A DNA stretch of 64,000 nucleotides. Source: an uncultured Bacteroidota bacterium. GTDB taxonomy: Bacteria; Bacteroidota; Bacteroidia; Flavobacteriales; UBA7312. The stretch is taken from NCBI GenBank assembly GCA_902580855.1, contig CACHMF010000002.1, positions 5,444-69,443 of the forward strand, in the 5' to 3' direction. The notes under the pieces were generated by a model that saw only the letters and a program-made list of their open reading frames with translations, made no database searches and had not been told where the DNA came from. A program made the position numbers and the translations under genes. This document shows positions 10,183-19,550 of this stretch, piece by piece (the first letter of the stretch is position 1; the number at the start of each line of letters is the position of its first letter).

Positions 10183-11180
10183 TGAAAATTAAAAACTCGA
10201 ACTTTGTTGATTATGTTAAAATCTTTTGTCGCTCTGGTAAAGGAGGGGCAGGCTCCGTTCACCTTTTAAGAGATAGAACAACTGCCAAAGGAGGCCCTGA
10301 TGGTGGAGATGGAGGTCGAGGCGGACACATCATTGTAAAAGGCAATGAGCAAATGTGGACATTGCTTCACCTTAAGTATCAAAAACACATTTTTGCTGAA
10401 CATGGTGGTGCTGGAAGTGGAAATAATAAAATTGGAAAAGATGGTGAAAGTAGAATCCTGGAAGTTCCTCTGGGAACTGTTGCAAAAGATGCTGAAACAG
10501 GTGAGATACTTTTTGAAATCACAACACATTGCGAAGAAAAAATCATGTTGGAAGGTGGTAAAGGGGGAAGAGGAAATGTACACTTTAAATCTCCAACCAA
10601 CCAAACGCCACGCTATGCTCAACCTGGTATTGCAAGCAAAGAAGGCTGGTTCATCTTAGAACTAAAAATTTTAGCAGATGTTGGATTGGTAGGATTTCCA
10701 AATGCAGGAAAATCTACTTTGCTGTCAGTGGTTTCGGCTGCAAAACCAGAAATTGCCAACTACCCCTTCACCACACTCGTTCCTAATTTAGGAATTGTCT
10801 CCTATAGAGATCACAAATCATTCATCATGGCAGACATACCAGGAATTATTGAAGGAGCTTCCGAAGGAAGAGGTTTAGGTCTACGATTTTTACGCCATAT
10901 TGAACGAAATTCAACACTCTTATTAATTGTTCCTAGTGATAGTGATAATATCAAAAATGAATATGAAATTCTTTTAGGGGAATTAGAAAAATATAACCCA
11001 GAACTACTCGACAAAGATCGCATTCTTGCTATCTCTAAATCGGATATGTTGGATGAAGAACTCAAAGAAGAAATGAAAGCCGAACTTCCAAAAGATATCG
11101 ACTGCTTATTTATTTCTTCGGTTGCACAACAAGGTTTAAACGAACTAAAGGATGCTCTTTGGCATAACATGAATAAATGA
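10182..11180 (+). CDS. obg: GTPase Obg/CgtA
   Basis: Glycine-rich Obg fold ([20 protein letters not shown]), G1 motif GFPNAGKST and G3 motif DIPG. The start overlaps the adk stop by 1 nt. Confidence 0.95.
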
Positions 11181-11731
11181 TAGACACACTGCTTGCATTG
11201 GATGAAAAATACTTCCTACTCATCAATCAGTCAGGAATAGATTTTTTGGATCCTATCATGTTGTTCACCACCCATAAATTTTCATGGATCCCTTTTTACG
11301 GTTTCTTAGTTTACCTTATTTTTAAACAAAAAAAGAAAGAAGGTTTTTGGATATTGTTAAGCATTGCTCTGCTCATTACCATATCCGATCAAGGAAGTGT
11401 TCAACTCTTCAAGAATGTATTTGAGCGTTTACGTCCTTGCCATGTTTTAGAGCAAGTCCGACTTGTAACTGAACGCTGTGGCGGTAAGTTCGGATTTGTT
11501 TCTTCACATGCATCAAATGCTTTTACTTTAGCTATTTTTTTAGGGAAGATATTAGGGAACAAAAAATGGTTTGTTGGACTTTTCATATGGGCTGCATTAG
11601 TTGCATATAGTCGAGTGTATGTGGGCGTACATTATCCTTTAGATATTTTAGGTGGCATGCTTTGGGGAACTTTTGTAGCTTTGGTGATGTTCAAGATGTA
11701 TCAGCTATTTCGTGAAAAAATTGTTCGATAA
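11177..11731 (+). CDS. PAP2 superfamily phosphatase (BcrC/undecaprenyl-diphosphatase-like membrane protein)
   Basis: PAP2 motifs [14 protein letters not shown] and [12 protein letters not shown], with multiple TM segments. ATGA overlap with obg. Confidence 0.8.
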   Translation: MIDTLLALDEKYFLLINQSGIDFLDPIMLFTTHKFSWIPFYGFLVYLIFKQKKKEGFWILLSIALLITISDQGSVQLFKNVFERLRPCHVLEQVRLVTERCGGKFGFVSSHASNAFTLAIFLGKILGNKKWFVGLFIWAALVAYSRVYVGVHYPLDILGGMLWGTFVALVMFKMYQLFREKIVR

Positions 11732-11876
11732 AACTTGGTTTATTTGGCTCGCGCTAGTTTGTATTTGGAACTACGGATGGCAAAATGCGTTACCTATTGA
11801 AGATGTGCTAGTTGCAGCATTACTATCAGTAGTTGTTTATCTCTATAAAAATAGAAAACGAAAAAAATATAATTGA
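11712..11876 (+). CDS. Candidate small membrane protein (~54 aa), below the ORF-track length cutoff
   Basis: Open frame from GTG 11712 (or TTG 11721) to TGA 11874-11876. It encodes ..[48 protein letters not shown], i.e. two hydrophobic segments plus a basic tail. It fills an otherwise unexplained 140-nt gap in a tightly packed operon. Confidence 0.3.
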   Translation: MKKLFDKTWFIWLALVCIWNYGWQNALPIEDVLVAALLSVVVYLYKNRKRKKYN

Positions 11877-11881
11877 ATTAT

Positions 11882-13441
11882 ATGAAAAAAGCAGTTATTA
11901 CAACACTCCTGTTAGCTATTGGATTTAACTCTTATTCGCAGGACAAACCAAAACTAGTTGTCGGCATTGTAGTTGATCAAATGCGTTACGATTACATCTA
12001 TCGCTTTTGGGAGGACTTTAGTGATGATGGATTTAAAAAATTAATTAATGAAGGTTATTTTTTTCGCAATACTAATTTCGGATATATGCCGACTTACACA
12101 GGTCCCGGGCACGCCAGTATTTTTACAGGAACAACCCCTGCTATACACGGAATTATAGGAAATAGTTGGTACGATAAATACACTCAAACCTCTGTTTATT
12201 GTGCTGGAGATGGAGATATGCAAACTGTTTGTAATTGCGACAATCATAAAACAGATGTCTTATCTAATGATGGGCAAATGTCTCCCCACCGCATGCTTAC
12301 CACCACTATTGGAGATGAGCTTCAATTATTCAATACTGAATCTAAAGTAATAGGGATTAGTTTAAAAGACAGAGGCGCTATTTTACCAGCCGGTCATATG
12401 GGTGATGCTGCTTATTGGATGGACGCTAATGGCGAATGGATTTCAAGCAGCTACTATATGGAATCACTTCCTGAATGGATGCTTAACTATCAAAAAATAA
12501 ATACTGTTAGCGATTATCTGAAAGGAAAATGGAAAGGAAAAAACTTCAGTTATGATTTAGATTCTTTAACTGCCAAAAATGGGCCAAATATAATTAAATC
12601 AACCCCTTTTGGAAATACTGTTTTAAAGGATCTTGCTAATGAAATAATAATTCAAGAAAAGCTCGGACAGGGAACTAATACTGATTTCTTTAGTATCAGT
12701 TTTTCCTCATCTGATTATGTTGGGCATCAATATGGCCCACATGCTGAAGAATTAATTGACACATATATTCGCTTGGATAATGACATTGCCGATCTTTTAA
12801 AAACTTTAGAGAAAAATATTGGAGTTGAAAATGTATTGCTTTTCTTAACTGCTGACCATGGAGTGGTAAGTGTTCCAAATGAACTAAAAAAATATAAAAT
12901 ACCTGCAGGCTACTTTGATGTAAGCGAAGCCCTATCAGCTTTAAAAGAATATCTTACAAAACAATTTGGTGAAGGAAAATGGATACAAAAATACAGTAAC
13001 CAACAATTCTATCTTAACAACAGTTTAATTCAAGAAAAGAATTTAAGGAAGGAAGATGTTGAAATAGTCTGCTCCAACTTTTTAATTTCATTTGAAGGAA
13101 TAAAAAACACTTTCACATCTAGTCAGTTACATAATAACGAATATAAATATGGAATACACGCACTAGTTCAAAAAGGATTTAGTCAAAAACGCTCTGGAGA
13201 TATTATCATCAATTTAGAAAGTGGATGGATTGAGTGGAAAAGCCCAAGAGGAACTACGCACGGTTCTTGTTATAGTTACGATACACATGTTCCACTGATC
13301 TTTTGGGGGAAAGACATTAAACAGGGAGTCTCTGATGAAGCAGTTTTTATTCGTGACATCGCACCTACTGTTTGTACTCTATTAGGTATATCCTTTCCAA
13401 ATGGATGCACTGGAAGCCCTATCCAAATCATAACAGAATGA
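11882..13441 (+). CDS. Alkaline phosphatase / nucleotide pyrophosphatase family protein (PafA-like), secreted
   Basis: Signal peptide MKKAVITTLLLAIGFNSYSQ. Type-I phosphodiesterase/alkaline phosphatase motifs VVDQMRYD, YTGPGHASIFTG, SSSDYVGHQYGP and TADHG. Confidence 0.8.
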   Translation: MKKAVITTLLLAIGFNSYSQDKPKLVVGIVVDQMRYDYIYRFWEDFSDDGFKKLINEGYFFRNTNFGYMPTYTGPGHASIFTGTTPAIHGIIGNSWYDKYTQTSVYCAGDGDMQTVCNCDNHKTDVLSNDGQMSPHRMLTTTIGDELQLFNTESKVIGISLKDRGAILPAGHMGDAAYWMDANGEWISSSYYMESLPEWMLNYQKINTVSDYLKGKWKGKNFSYDLDSLTAKNGPNIIKSTPFGNTVLKDLANEIIIQEKLGQGTNTDFFSISFSSSDYVGHQYGPHAEELIDTYIRLDNDIADLLKTLEKNIGVENVLLFLTADHGVVSVPNELKKYKIPAGYFDVSEALSALKEYLTKQFGEGKWIQKYSNQQFYLNNSLIQEKNLRKEDVEIVCSNFLISFEGIKNTFTSSQLHNNEYKYGIHALVQKGFSQKRSGDIIINLESGWIEWKSPRGTTHGSCYSYDTHVPLIFWGKDIKQGVSDEAVFIRDIAPTVCTLLGISFPNGCTGSPIQIITE

Positions 13442-14439
13442 AAGAAGTAAAAGCCAGTGATTATTCGATTTTTATTGGACAGGAGTCTTTACAAGCATAC
13501 GACTTTAATAGTTATAAACAATTGGCTATCTTGGTTGATGAAAACACAAAAAGAGATTGTCTTCCTATCTTTTTAAAAGCAACTAATATTGATGCAATTC
13601 TTATAGAAATCCCTTCTGGCGAAGAACACAAAAATCTTGAAAAATGTCAGCTAATATGGAATTTATTAAGTTCTTATCATTTTGATAGAAACTCATTACT
13701 CATCAATCTAGGTGGTGGAGTTGTTGGTGATATGGGAGGATTTGCAGCAAGCACGTACAAAAGAGGTATAGATTTTATACAAATCCCAACCAGTCTTTTA
13801 GCAATGGTAGATTCCTCTGTGGGTGGGAAATTAGGAGTTGATTTTGCTTATTTAAAAAATCAAATCGGAGTATTCAATAATCCAAAAGCTGTACTTATCA
13901 ATCCTGTTTTCTTAAATAGTTTACCAAAGAATCAACTATTATCAGGTTTTGCAGAAGTAGTGAAGCACGCCCTCATTGCGGACAAACGCTATTGGAAAGA
14001 AATCAAAATCACTCCTCTAGAAAAAATGAATTGGGAATCCATAATTCTCCAATCTGTAATAATTAAAAATATTATTGTCACACAAGATCCATTAGAAAAA
14101 GGTGAGCGCAAAAAACTCAATTTTGGACACACTTTTGGCCATGCCATAGAAAGCTTCTACTTAAAGCTAGGAAAACCTGTTTTACATGGCGAAGCAATTA
14201 GCTTAGGAATGATTTTGGAGAGTAATCTTTCCAAGATCAATAATGAAGAAAAACTTGAAATAGCTTCCTTTATATCAAACACTTTTTCTATACCAAAAAA
14301 ACCACCACTAAGAGCTCTTTTAGAGTGGATGAAAAGTGATAAAAAGAATCGTAAAGAAAAAATCAACTTTACTTTACTTAATGGTATTGGGAGTAGTATT
14401 ATCAATCAAGAATTTACATTTGATGAATTACTTGATTGA
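13438..14439 (+). CDS. aroB: 3-dehydroquinate synthase
   Basis: GGGVVGDMGGFAA nucleotide-binding motif plus FGHTFGHAIE and HGEAI metal ligands. The ATG at 13438 (ATGA overlap with the upstream stop) is preferred to the track start at 13372. Confidence 0.92.
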   Translation: MKEVKASDYSIFIGQESLQAYDFNSYKQLAILVDENTKRDCLPIFLKATNIDAILIEIPSGEEHKNLEKCQLIWNLLSSYHFDRNSLLINLGGGVVGDMGGFAASTYKRGIDFIQIPTSLLAMVDSSVGGKLGVDFAYLKNQIGVFNNPKAVLINPVFLNSLPKNQLLSGFAEVVKHALIADKRYWKEIKITPLEKMNWESIILQSVIIKNIIVTQDPLEKGERKKLNFGHTFGHAIESFYLKLGKPVLHGEAISLGMILESNLSKINNEEKLEIASFISNTFSIPKKPPLRALLEWMKSDKKNRKEKINFTLLNGIGSSIINQEFTFDELLD

Positions 14440-15658
14440 ACACCCGAGCAAGATTGTAAAAGGAAAAGTTAGTCTTCCTGCATCTAAGAGCTTAAGTAAT
14501 AGAGCGCTTATCATTCAAGCGATTTGCAAAGAAGCATTCTCAATTTCAAATCTTTCCCAAGCAAAAGACACGAAAGTTTTAAAAGAAGCTCTAGAAAATT
14601 TCTCTAACACAATAAATACTGATGATGCTGGAACAAGTATGCGTTTTTTAACCGCTTTCTTTAGTATTCAAAAACAAGAAGTGGTTTTAAAAGGTAGTAA
14701 GCGTATGCACGAAAGACCTATCGCTCCATTAGTAGAAGCACTAAATTCTTTAGGAGCTAATATTTCTTATCTTCAAAAAGATGGGTATCCTCCACTACAT
14801 ATTAAAAAAGGAAATATTCAGGGGGGTGACATTCAAGTAAACAGTACAATTAGCAGTCAATTCATATCAGCATTATTATTGATTGCTCCTACTCTAAGTG
14901 GAGGACTAACAATAAAACTTAAAGGTAATTTAGTTTCTAAATCATATTTAGAAATGACACTAAAAATGATGGCTTATTTTGGGATAGAATATAAATGGTG
15001 CTCTCAAACAATTCAAATAAAAGAACAACAATACAAAGCCAAAGACATTAGTATAGAAAACGATTGGAGTGCTGTTACCTTTTGGCTTGAAATAGTAGCA
15101 ATAGCTGAACAAGCTCAAATTGAATTAAACGGACTTTGTAAAAATTCTTGGCAAGGAGATATAAAAGCGTTATCTATTTTTTCAAAATTAGGTGTAAACT
15201 ACCGATTTGATAATAATCAGTTGATACTATTTAAAGAGCTGAAAAAAAAACCTGCCAAACAACTAAACTTAATAAAAACCCCTGACTTAGCACAAGCCAT
15301 ATGCTGCACCTATGCATGTCTTAAACACCGCTTAAAAATAATAGGTTTATCGACCTTAAAAATTAAAGAAACTGATAGAATTTCTGCAATACAAAGTGAG
15401 CTGAAAAAACTAGGGGTAGACACAAAGATCACTCAAAATTCAATCTTAATAAAGGATTTCTGTGAGTATGTTGGCACACCTCTTATAAAAACAAATCAAG
15501 ACCATCGCATGGCTATGAGTTTTGCACCTCTTTCTCTACGTTTTGGAAAGTTAATAATTGAAGATGCAGATGTGGTAAAGAAATCCTATCCAACTTTTTG
15601 GGAAGAATTAGAAAAAGTAGGTTTTACAATATTTCCTGTAACTGACTCAAACAACTAA
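14423..15658 (+). CDS. aroA: 3-phosphoshikimate 1-carboxyvinyltransferase (EPSP synthase)
   Basis: LPASKSLSNRALI, DDAGTSMRF and DHRMAMSF motifs. The ATG at 14423 overlaps the aroB 3' end. The 3' end overlaps the convergent HAD gene by 35 nt. Confidence 0.92.
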   Translation: MNYLIEHPSKIVKGKVSLPASKSLSNRALIIQAICKEAFSISNLSQAKDTKVLKEALENFSNTINTDDAGTSMRFLTAFFSIQKQEVVLKGSKRMHERPIAPLVEALNSLGANISYLQKDGYPPLHIKKGNIQGGDIQVNSTISSQFISALLLIAPTLSGGLTIKLKGNLVSKSYLEMTLKMMAYFGIEYKWCSQTIQIKEQQYKAKDISIENDWSAVTFWLEIVAIAEQAQIELNGLCKNSWQGDIKALSIFSKLGVNYRFDNNQLILFKELKKKPAKQLNLIKTPDLAQAICCTYACLKHRLKIIGLSTLKIKETDRISAIQSELKKLGVDTKITQNSILIKDFCEYVGTPLIKTNQDHRMAMSFAPLSLRFGKLIIEDADVVKKSYPTFWEELEKVGFTIFPVTDSNN

Positions 15659-16316
15659 TTTCAAAATCTATAGATTCTTGATGAACTATTTTTTCAGGAT
15701 TAAAATAGACCTGATGCATACCCATAGCTTTTGCCCCAACTATATCAACCGGTAAATCATCACCAATCATCATGCTTTCATCAGGATTACAAAAAGCTTT
15801 CATTAAAGCATATCTAAAAATTTCTGGATTTGGTTTTTTAACTCCCACTTGTTCTGAAGTAACAATTTGCTCAAAATATTGCAACAAATTAGATTGCTCT
15901 AGCTTTACATACTGAACTTCCTCAAAACCATTAGTGATTATATGAAGGTGATATTTTACTTTTAAATAATCAAGTACTTCATAAGTATATGGAAAAACAT
16001 GTGTTTTTAAAGGACATTTTTGAATGTATTGATCTCCCAACACATTCGCTAATTGATCATCATCTATACTAAAATCTTGTAACGTTAATTTGAAACGACT
16101 AGAGCGCAAAATATCCTTCTCAATTTTACTATTTCTGTATAACTCCCATAAACGTTCATTGTGCATTTTGTAAACATCAATAAAAACATCAACATCACTA
16201 ATCCCTTTCTGTCTTAAAGCGTGTTCTTCATATAGTTCTTTAAGTGTTTCGTATGCATTGGTTTCAAAATCCCAAAGCGTACGATCTAAATCGAAAAAAA
16301 GATGTTTAATCTTCAT
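15624..16316 (-). CDS. HAD family hydrolase (YjjG-type nucleotidase-like)
   Basis: HAD motif I FFDLDRTLWDF, motif II ITNG, and motif III/IV K...GDD (MIGDDLPVDIVGA). Confidence 0.8.
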   Translation of the reverse strand: MKIKHLFFDLDRTLWDFETNAYETLKELYEEHALRQKGISDVDVFIDVYKMHNERLWELYRNSKIEKDILRSSRFKLTLQDFSIDDDQLANVLGDQYIQKCPLKTHVFPYTYEVLDYLKVKYHLHIITNGFEEVQYVKLEQSNLLQYFEQIVTSEQVGVKKPNPEIFRYALMKAFCNPDESMMIGDDLPVDIVGAKAMGMHQVYFNPEKIVHQESIDFEISCLSQLQEIL

Positions 16317-16319
16317 GCG

Positions 16320-16751
16320 TTAAAGAGTAGTTAAAATAACAGATAGTACAAAAGACCATCCAAATACAGAAGCAGCTAAAACAGGAAGCGTCTTTTTCTT
16401 ATTTGGAAAAAAACGAAGTGCGATAAAAGTACCTATTGGGATTGAAAAGAAAATAGGAGTTAAAAAGGCAATACCAAACAATCCATATTTACGAACTTTT
16501 TTGATAGCCAAAACCCTCTTTAATCCTTTTTTCGAGTTCGCTTTTTGCTTGCTAGACATCCAAGTATTATACTGTTCGATAATCCAATAGCTAAACTTAG
16601 CAAAAATAATGATCCCTGACACACCACCAATAGATGAAAAGAAGAAAGTTTGCCAGAAGGAAAACTCATATTGGTAAGCCGCAAAAGGAATTGCAAGTAG
16701 AAATTTCACACTACTCATCAACATTATTATTAACTCTTGAAATAAACTCAT
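16320..16751 (-). CDS. Hypothetical small integral membrane protein
   Basis: About 4 hydrophobic segments with a central basic loop (SSKQKANSKKGLKRVLAIKKVRK). The ATG at 16751 is preferred. The stop lies 3 nt upstream of the HAD start. Confidence 0.55.
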   Translation of the reverse strand: MSLFQELIIMLMSSVKFLLAIPFAAYQYEFSFWQTFFFSSIGGVSGIIIFAKFSYWIIEQYNTWMSSKQKANSKKGLKRVLAIKKVRKYGLFGIAFLTPIFFSIPIGTFIALRFFPNKKKTLPVLAASVFGWSFVLSVILTTL

Positions 16752-16848
16752 TCTTAAAAAAGTAAAGACCAAAAGTGCAATTTGTGTAGTAAATAGAAAA
16801 ATAATATAAAATAAATATTACGCACTCATAGTGTTGCTATATTGGGGT

Positions 16849-17718
16849 CTATGACTTTATCCATTTTAAGTAAAAAGGCAAACGATTTATTTTAATTGTA
16901 GGGTAACTTGTCTTTTTTGCTCCAAATCCTGCATAAAAACGAGCTACCCCCTCAATATTAGATCCTTCAAAATCAAATATTTTTCTAGGATAATTTTTCA
17001 TTATTTCAGAAACCATCCAGTGTGAGGCCCCAATATTTCTACCCTGTTGATTGGCAGCTCCATTTAAATAGTAAATCCGCTGCCCATCAATTGCTATAAG
17101 CGAAGATGCGACTAGGTTATTATACTCATCAAAAACAGCATATATTTTACCTGTATTATTACTAATTAAAATATAACACAACCGTATATATACATCTAAA
17201 TCCTTTTGACTTATTCCTAGTTTGGAAAGATTTGTATTAAATAGGCTTATGTGTTGTTCTGGAGAGATATTTGAAACTAATGATAAATTCGATGCTTTTG
17301 CTTTAGAAATATTCCTTACTGTATTTTTTGAAAATTGACTTTCCACAGTTTTTAAGAGAACCAATTCATAATTACTGTTTTCATGAACAACAAAACTATC
17401 TGACGAACCTACATTTAATTCCAAATACTTGAATTTTTTCGGAATACAATTCAAAAAAGATTCAATTTCTAGTGTTGTTTTAGAAAAAACGCCTAATTTT
17501 TGACAAAAGAAAGGATGATAAACATACTCTACTCCCCATTTTTTTCTTTTTGGTAAGGGAAATACTGCCTCATAATCATTGTATACCAAAGCATCCCAAT
17601 CATCACATACAACATCTAGATACCAAGAAAATCCATAAATCAAACGATTAATTGAATTAGCAACACAACCATTCCACTTTTTAAAATCAATATCCTTATG
17701 TTCGATGTAATGAATCAT
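16849..17718 (-). CDS. Hypothetical protein, tentatively FemAB-like/GNAT-fold acyltransferase family
   Basis: 289 aa. The C-terminal FDFEGSNIEGVARFYAGFGAKK resembles FemAB-like acetyltransferase (Acetyltransf_6-type) proteins as I recall them. I could not verify any diagnostic motif by eye. ATGA overlap with the upstream gene. Confidence 0.35.
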   Translation of the reverse strand: MIHYIEHKDIDFKKWNGCVANSINRLIYGFSWYLDVVCDDWDALVYNDYEAVFPLPKRKKWGVEYVYHPFFCQKLGVFSKTTLEIESFLNCIPKKFKYLELNVGSSDSFVVHENSNYELVLLKTVESQFSKNTVRNISKAKASNLSLVSNISPEQHISLFNTNLSKLGISQKDLDVYIRLCYILISNNTGKIYAVFDEYNNLVASSLIAIDGQRIYYLNGAANQQGRNIGASHWMVSEIMKNYPRKIFDFEGSNIEGVARFYAGFGAKKTSYPTIKINRLPFYLKWIKS

Positions 17719-19016
17719 GAGTTTGATAGCTTCACAATCTTCTCATACAATTGGCTCCAGCCTTTCCATTCTCCATGCTCGCTCCAAGTTTCATTATGCC
17801 AAAGAGTAACAAATGTTCCATTTACTTTTTTCACTTCTTGCATTAACTCTTTAGTTATAGATAATGCTTGTTCTGGATTAAAACCTAAGTAATATTTAAA
17901 GGTTGCATCCATCACTACAAATGGATGTATTCTTAAAGATGTACTTTGTTCTAACTCCAAATCGTAGAAATAAAATGGATGGCAAATACTTGCCCTAAAT
18001 CCAGGATAAGCGGCATAACCCATTGTGTAATCGTGCTGTATACCTAAATCAATAAGATTTCGATAAGTTTTAGGAAAAGAAAGTTTGAGAAAATGTTGTC
18101 TACTTATAGTCACTTCTCTTTTAATGATATTTTTTAGTCGTTTCAACTCTTCTTTGAGCTTAGTATCATCATCATTAGAACCAAAAGATGGATGAATTCC
18201 TACTTGAGCATGATCTGAAAGATGCTTAATAAGTAGCTGAAATTTCCTACTTTGAAATGGGATGTTTTTATCATTCAACCCATAATCAGCTAATAACACA
18301 AAATAAACCACCTCTAAATCGTATTTTTCTTGTAGCGCTAATTGTATTTCGAAAGTATCGTAAGGATCCGATTGGTTCTTTCTTAGTACATTCCAGCGTT
18401 CTTTAATTTCATCTTTTTCTCCTTCCAAGAGTGAACGTACAAATGCTCCTATAGTTCTAGCTAATCCTTTTTCTAGATAGCAATAAGCATTGTCTATATC
18501 TATTGTAGAAATAAACTTAAATTCATGACCTTCAGGCCGGAAATTAGGATAAACTTGCTGAATCAAATGTAAAAACCTCTGCAGCCAAAGATTAACTAAT
18601 GGTTTTTGCAAAAATCCATGTTTAAAAGCTAAACTTTCTTTAGCCATAAAACGCTCATAATGATCTCGAATATGTGGTAGGTACTCTTCATACCTTGATA
18701 ACAAATAAAAGCTTGCAGCAAAAATATCGAAAGGTAAAAAAGAATAAGAACTTGTTTGGAAAAATACAGGTAACCCCTCCCATTCTGTTATTTGTATTTC
18801 TTGATCTGAAATTCCTTTTTCTATCAGTAAATCATGGCATTCAATAAAAAACTCTTCTTCTATTTTACGCATAGAATAATTAAGTTTTGGCCCATCATAA
18901 TTCTGAAAATGAAGAAGATCATCTGTTAATTCATAAGATATATTCCAAATATCCACAAAAATGGTTTGAAAAATATATCGAATACGATTTGTTATGTTCG
19001 GAGTATAAATTAACAT
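17715..19016 (-). CDS. Divergent polysaccharide deacetylase (CE4-like) family protein with N-terminal uncharacterised domain
   Basis: STIDIDNAY (Asp pair), GIHPSFGS (His) and SRQHFLK (Arg/His) resemble CE4 motifs 1-3. The conserved N-terminus is MLIYTPNITNRIRYIF. Confidence 0.5.
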   Translation of the reverse strand: MLIYTPNITNRIRYIFQTIFVDIWNISYELTDDLLHFQNYDGPKLNYSMRKIEEEFFIECHDLLIEKGISDQEIQITEWEGLPVFFQTSSYSFLPFDIFAASFYLLSRYEEYLPHIRDHYERFMAKESLAFKHGFLQKPLVNLWLQRFLHLIQQVYPNFRPEGHEFKFISTIDIDNAYCYLEKGLARTIGAFVRSLLEGEKDEIKERWNVLRKNQSDPYDTFEIQLALQEKYDLEVVYFVLLADYGLNDKNIPFQSRKFQLLIKHLSDHAQVGIHPSFGSNDDDTKLKEELKRLKNIIKREVTISRQHFLKLSFPKTYRNLIDLGIQHDYTMGYAAYPGFRASICHPFYFYDLELEQSTSLRIHPFVVMDATFKYYLGFNPEQALSITKELMQEVKKVNGTFVTLWHNETWSEHGEWKGWSQLYEKIVKLSNS

Positions 19017-19172
19017 TTACTGCAAAGCATTATATGCAAAGCTAAAATAATAGTTTTCATGAGCTATGATATGGATCTAAGAAAGGAATTTCAAATACTC
19101 TACAGAAAATTAAAAATTAATTGAACTAGTTGATCGAAGTTGTTATTTTATCAATCATACAACAATGAAGAT

Positions 19173-19199
19173 AAAAAAAGGGCTTTCAATTGAAAGCCC
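19173..19199 (-). terminator. Rho-independent terminator downstream of rpsT
   Basis: GGGCTTTCAATTGAAAGCCC perfect palindromic hairpin (19180-19199). It is followed on the minus strand by T7. Confidence 0.85.
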
Positions 19200-19226
19200 T
19201 TTTGTGTTGGTAAGGTTGACAGCCTA

Positions 19227-19478
19227 CTATAGACTATTAACGTGCTTCGCTAATTTTGATTTTAGGTTAGCCGCTTTATTATTGTGGATAATGTTACGCT
19301 TTGTTAACTTATCCAACATTGATTCTACCTCTGGTAAAAACTTAGCTGCTTCCTTCTTGTCAGACATAGCTCTTAACTTTCTAACAGCATTACGAGCTGT
19401 TTTGTGGTAATAGCTGTTTGCAGCGTTTCTTTTCGCTGTTTGTCTGATTCTTTTCTTTGCTGACTTGTGATTAGCCAT
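19227..19478 (-). CDS. rpsT: 30S ribosomal protein S20
   Basis: The [19 protein letters not shown]-terminus is typical of S20, and the protein is 83 aa and basic. Confidence 0.95.
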   Translation of the reverse strand: MANHKSAKKRIRQTAKRNAANSYYHKTARNAVRKLRAMSDKKEAAKFLPEVESMLDKLTKRNIIHNNKAANLKSKLAKHVNSL

Positions 19479-19550
19479 ATTTGTTGTTTATTTTCTGTTC
19501 AAAATTGGAGCGCAAATGTATAAATTTTTATCCAAATACAATAGTAAATA

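Noticed and set aside
10266-10659. Three overlapping ORFs (118, 104 and 73 aa) within the obg 5' region
   Set aside because: They fall in the glycine-rich (GGN-repeat) Obg fold region, where stop codons are rare in all frames. Obg motifs identify the true frame.
13372-13437. ORF-track N-terminal extensions overlapping upstream genes (aroB 13372, aroA 14336, cysK-like 46556, M42 21749, rplA 59866, secE 61183, MazG-like 24808)
   Set aside because: The extensions start at non-ATG codons, overlap well-supported upstream genes, tRNAs or terminators, and have no family-typical sequence. Internal ATGs give canonical N-termini.
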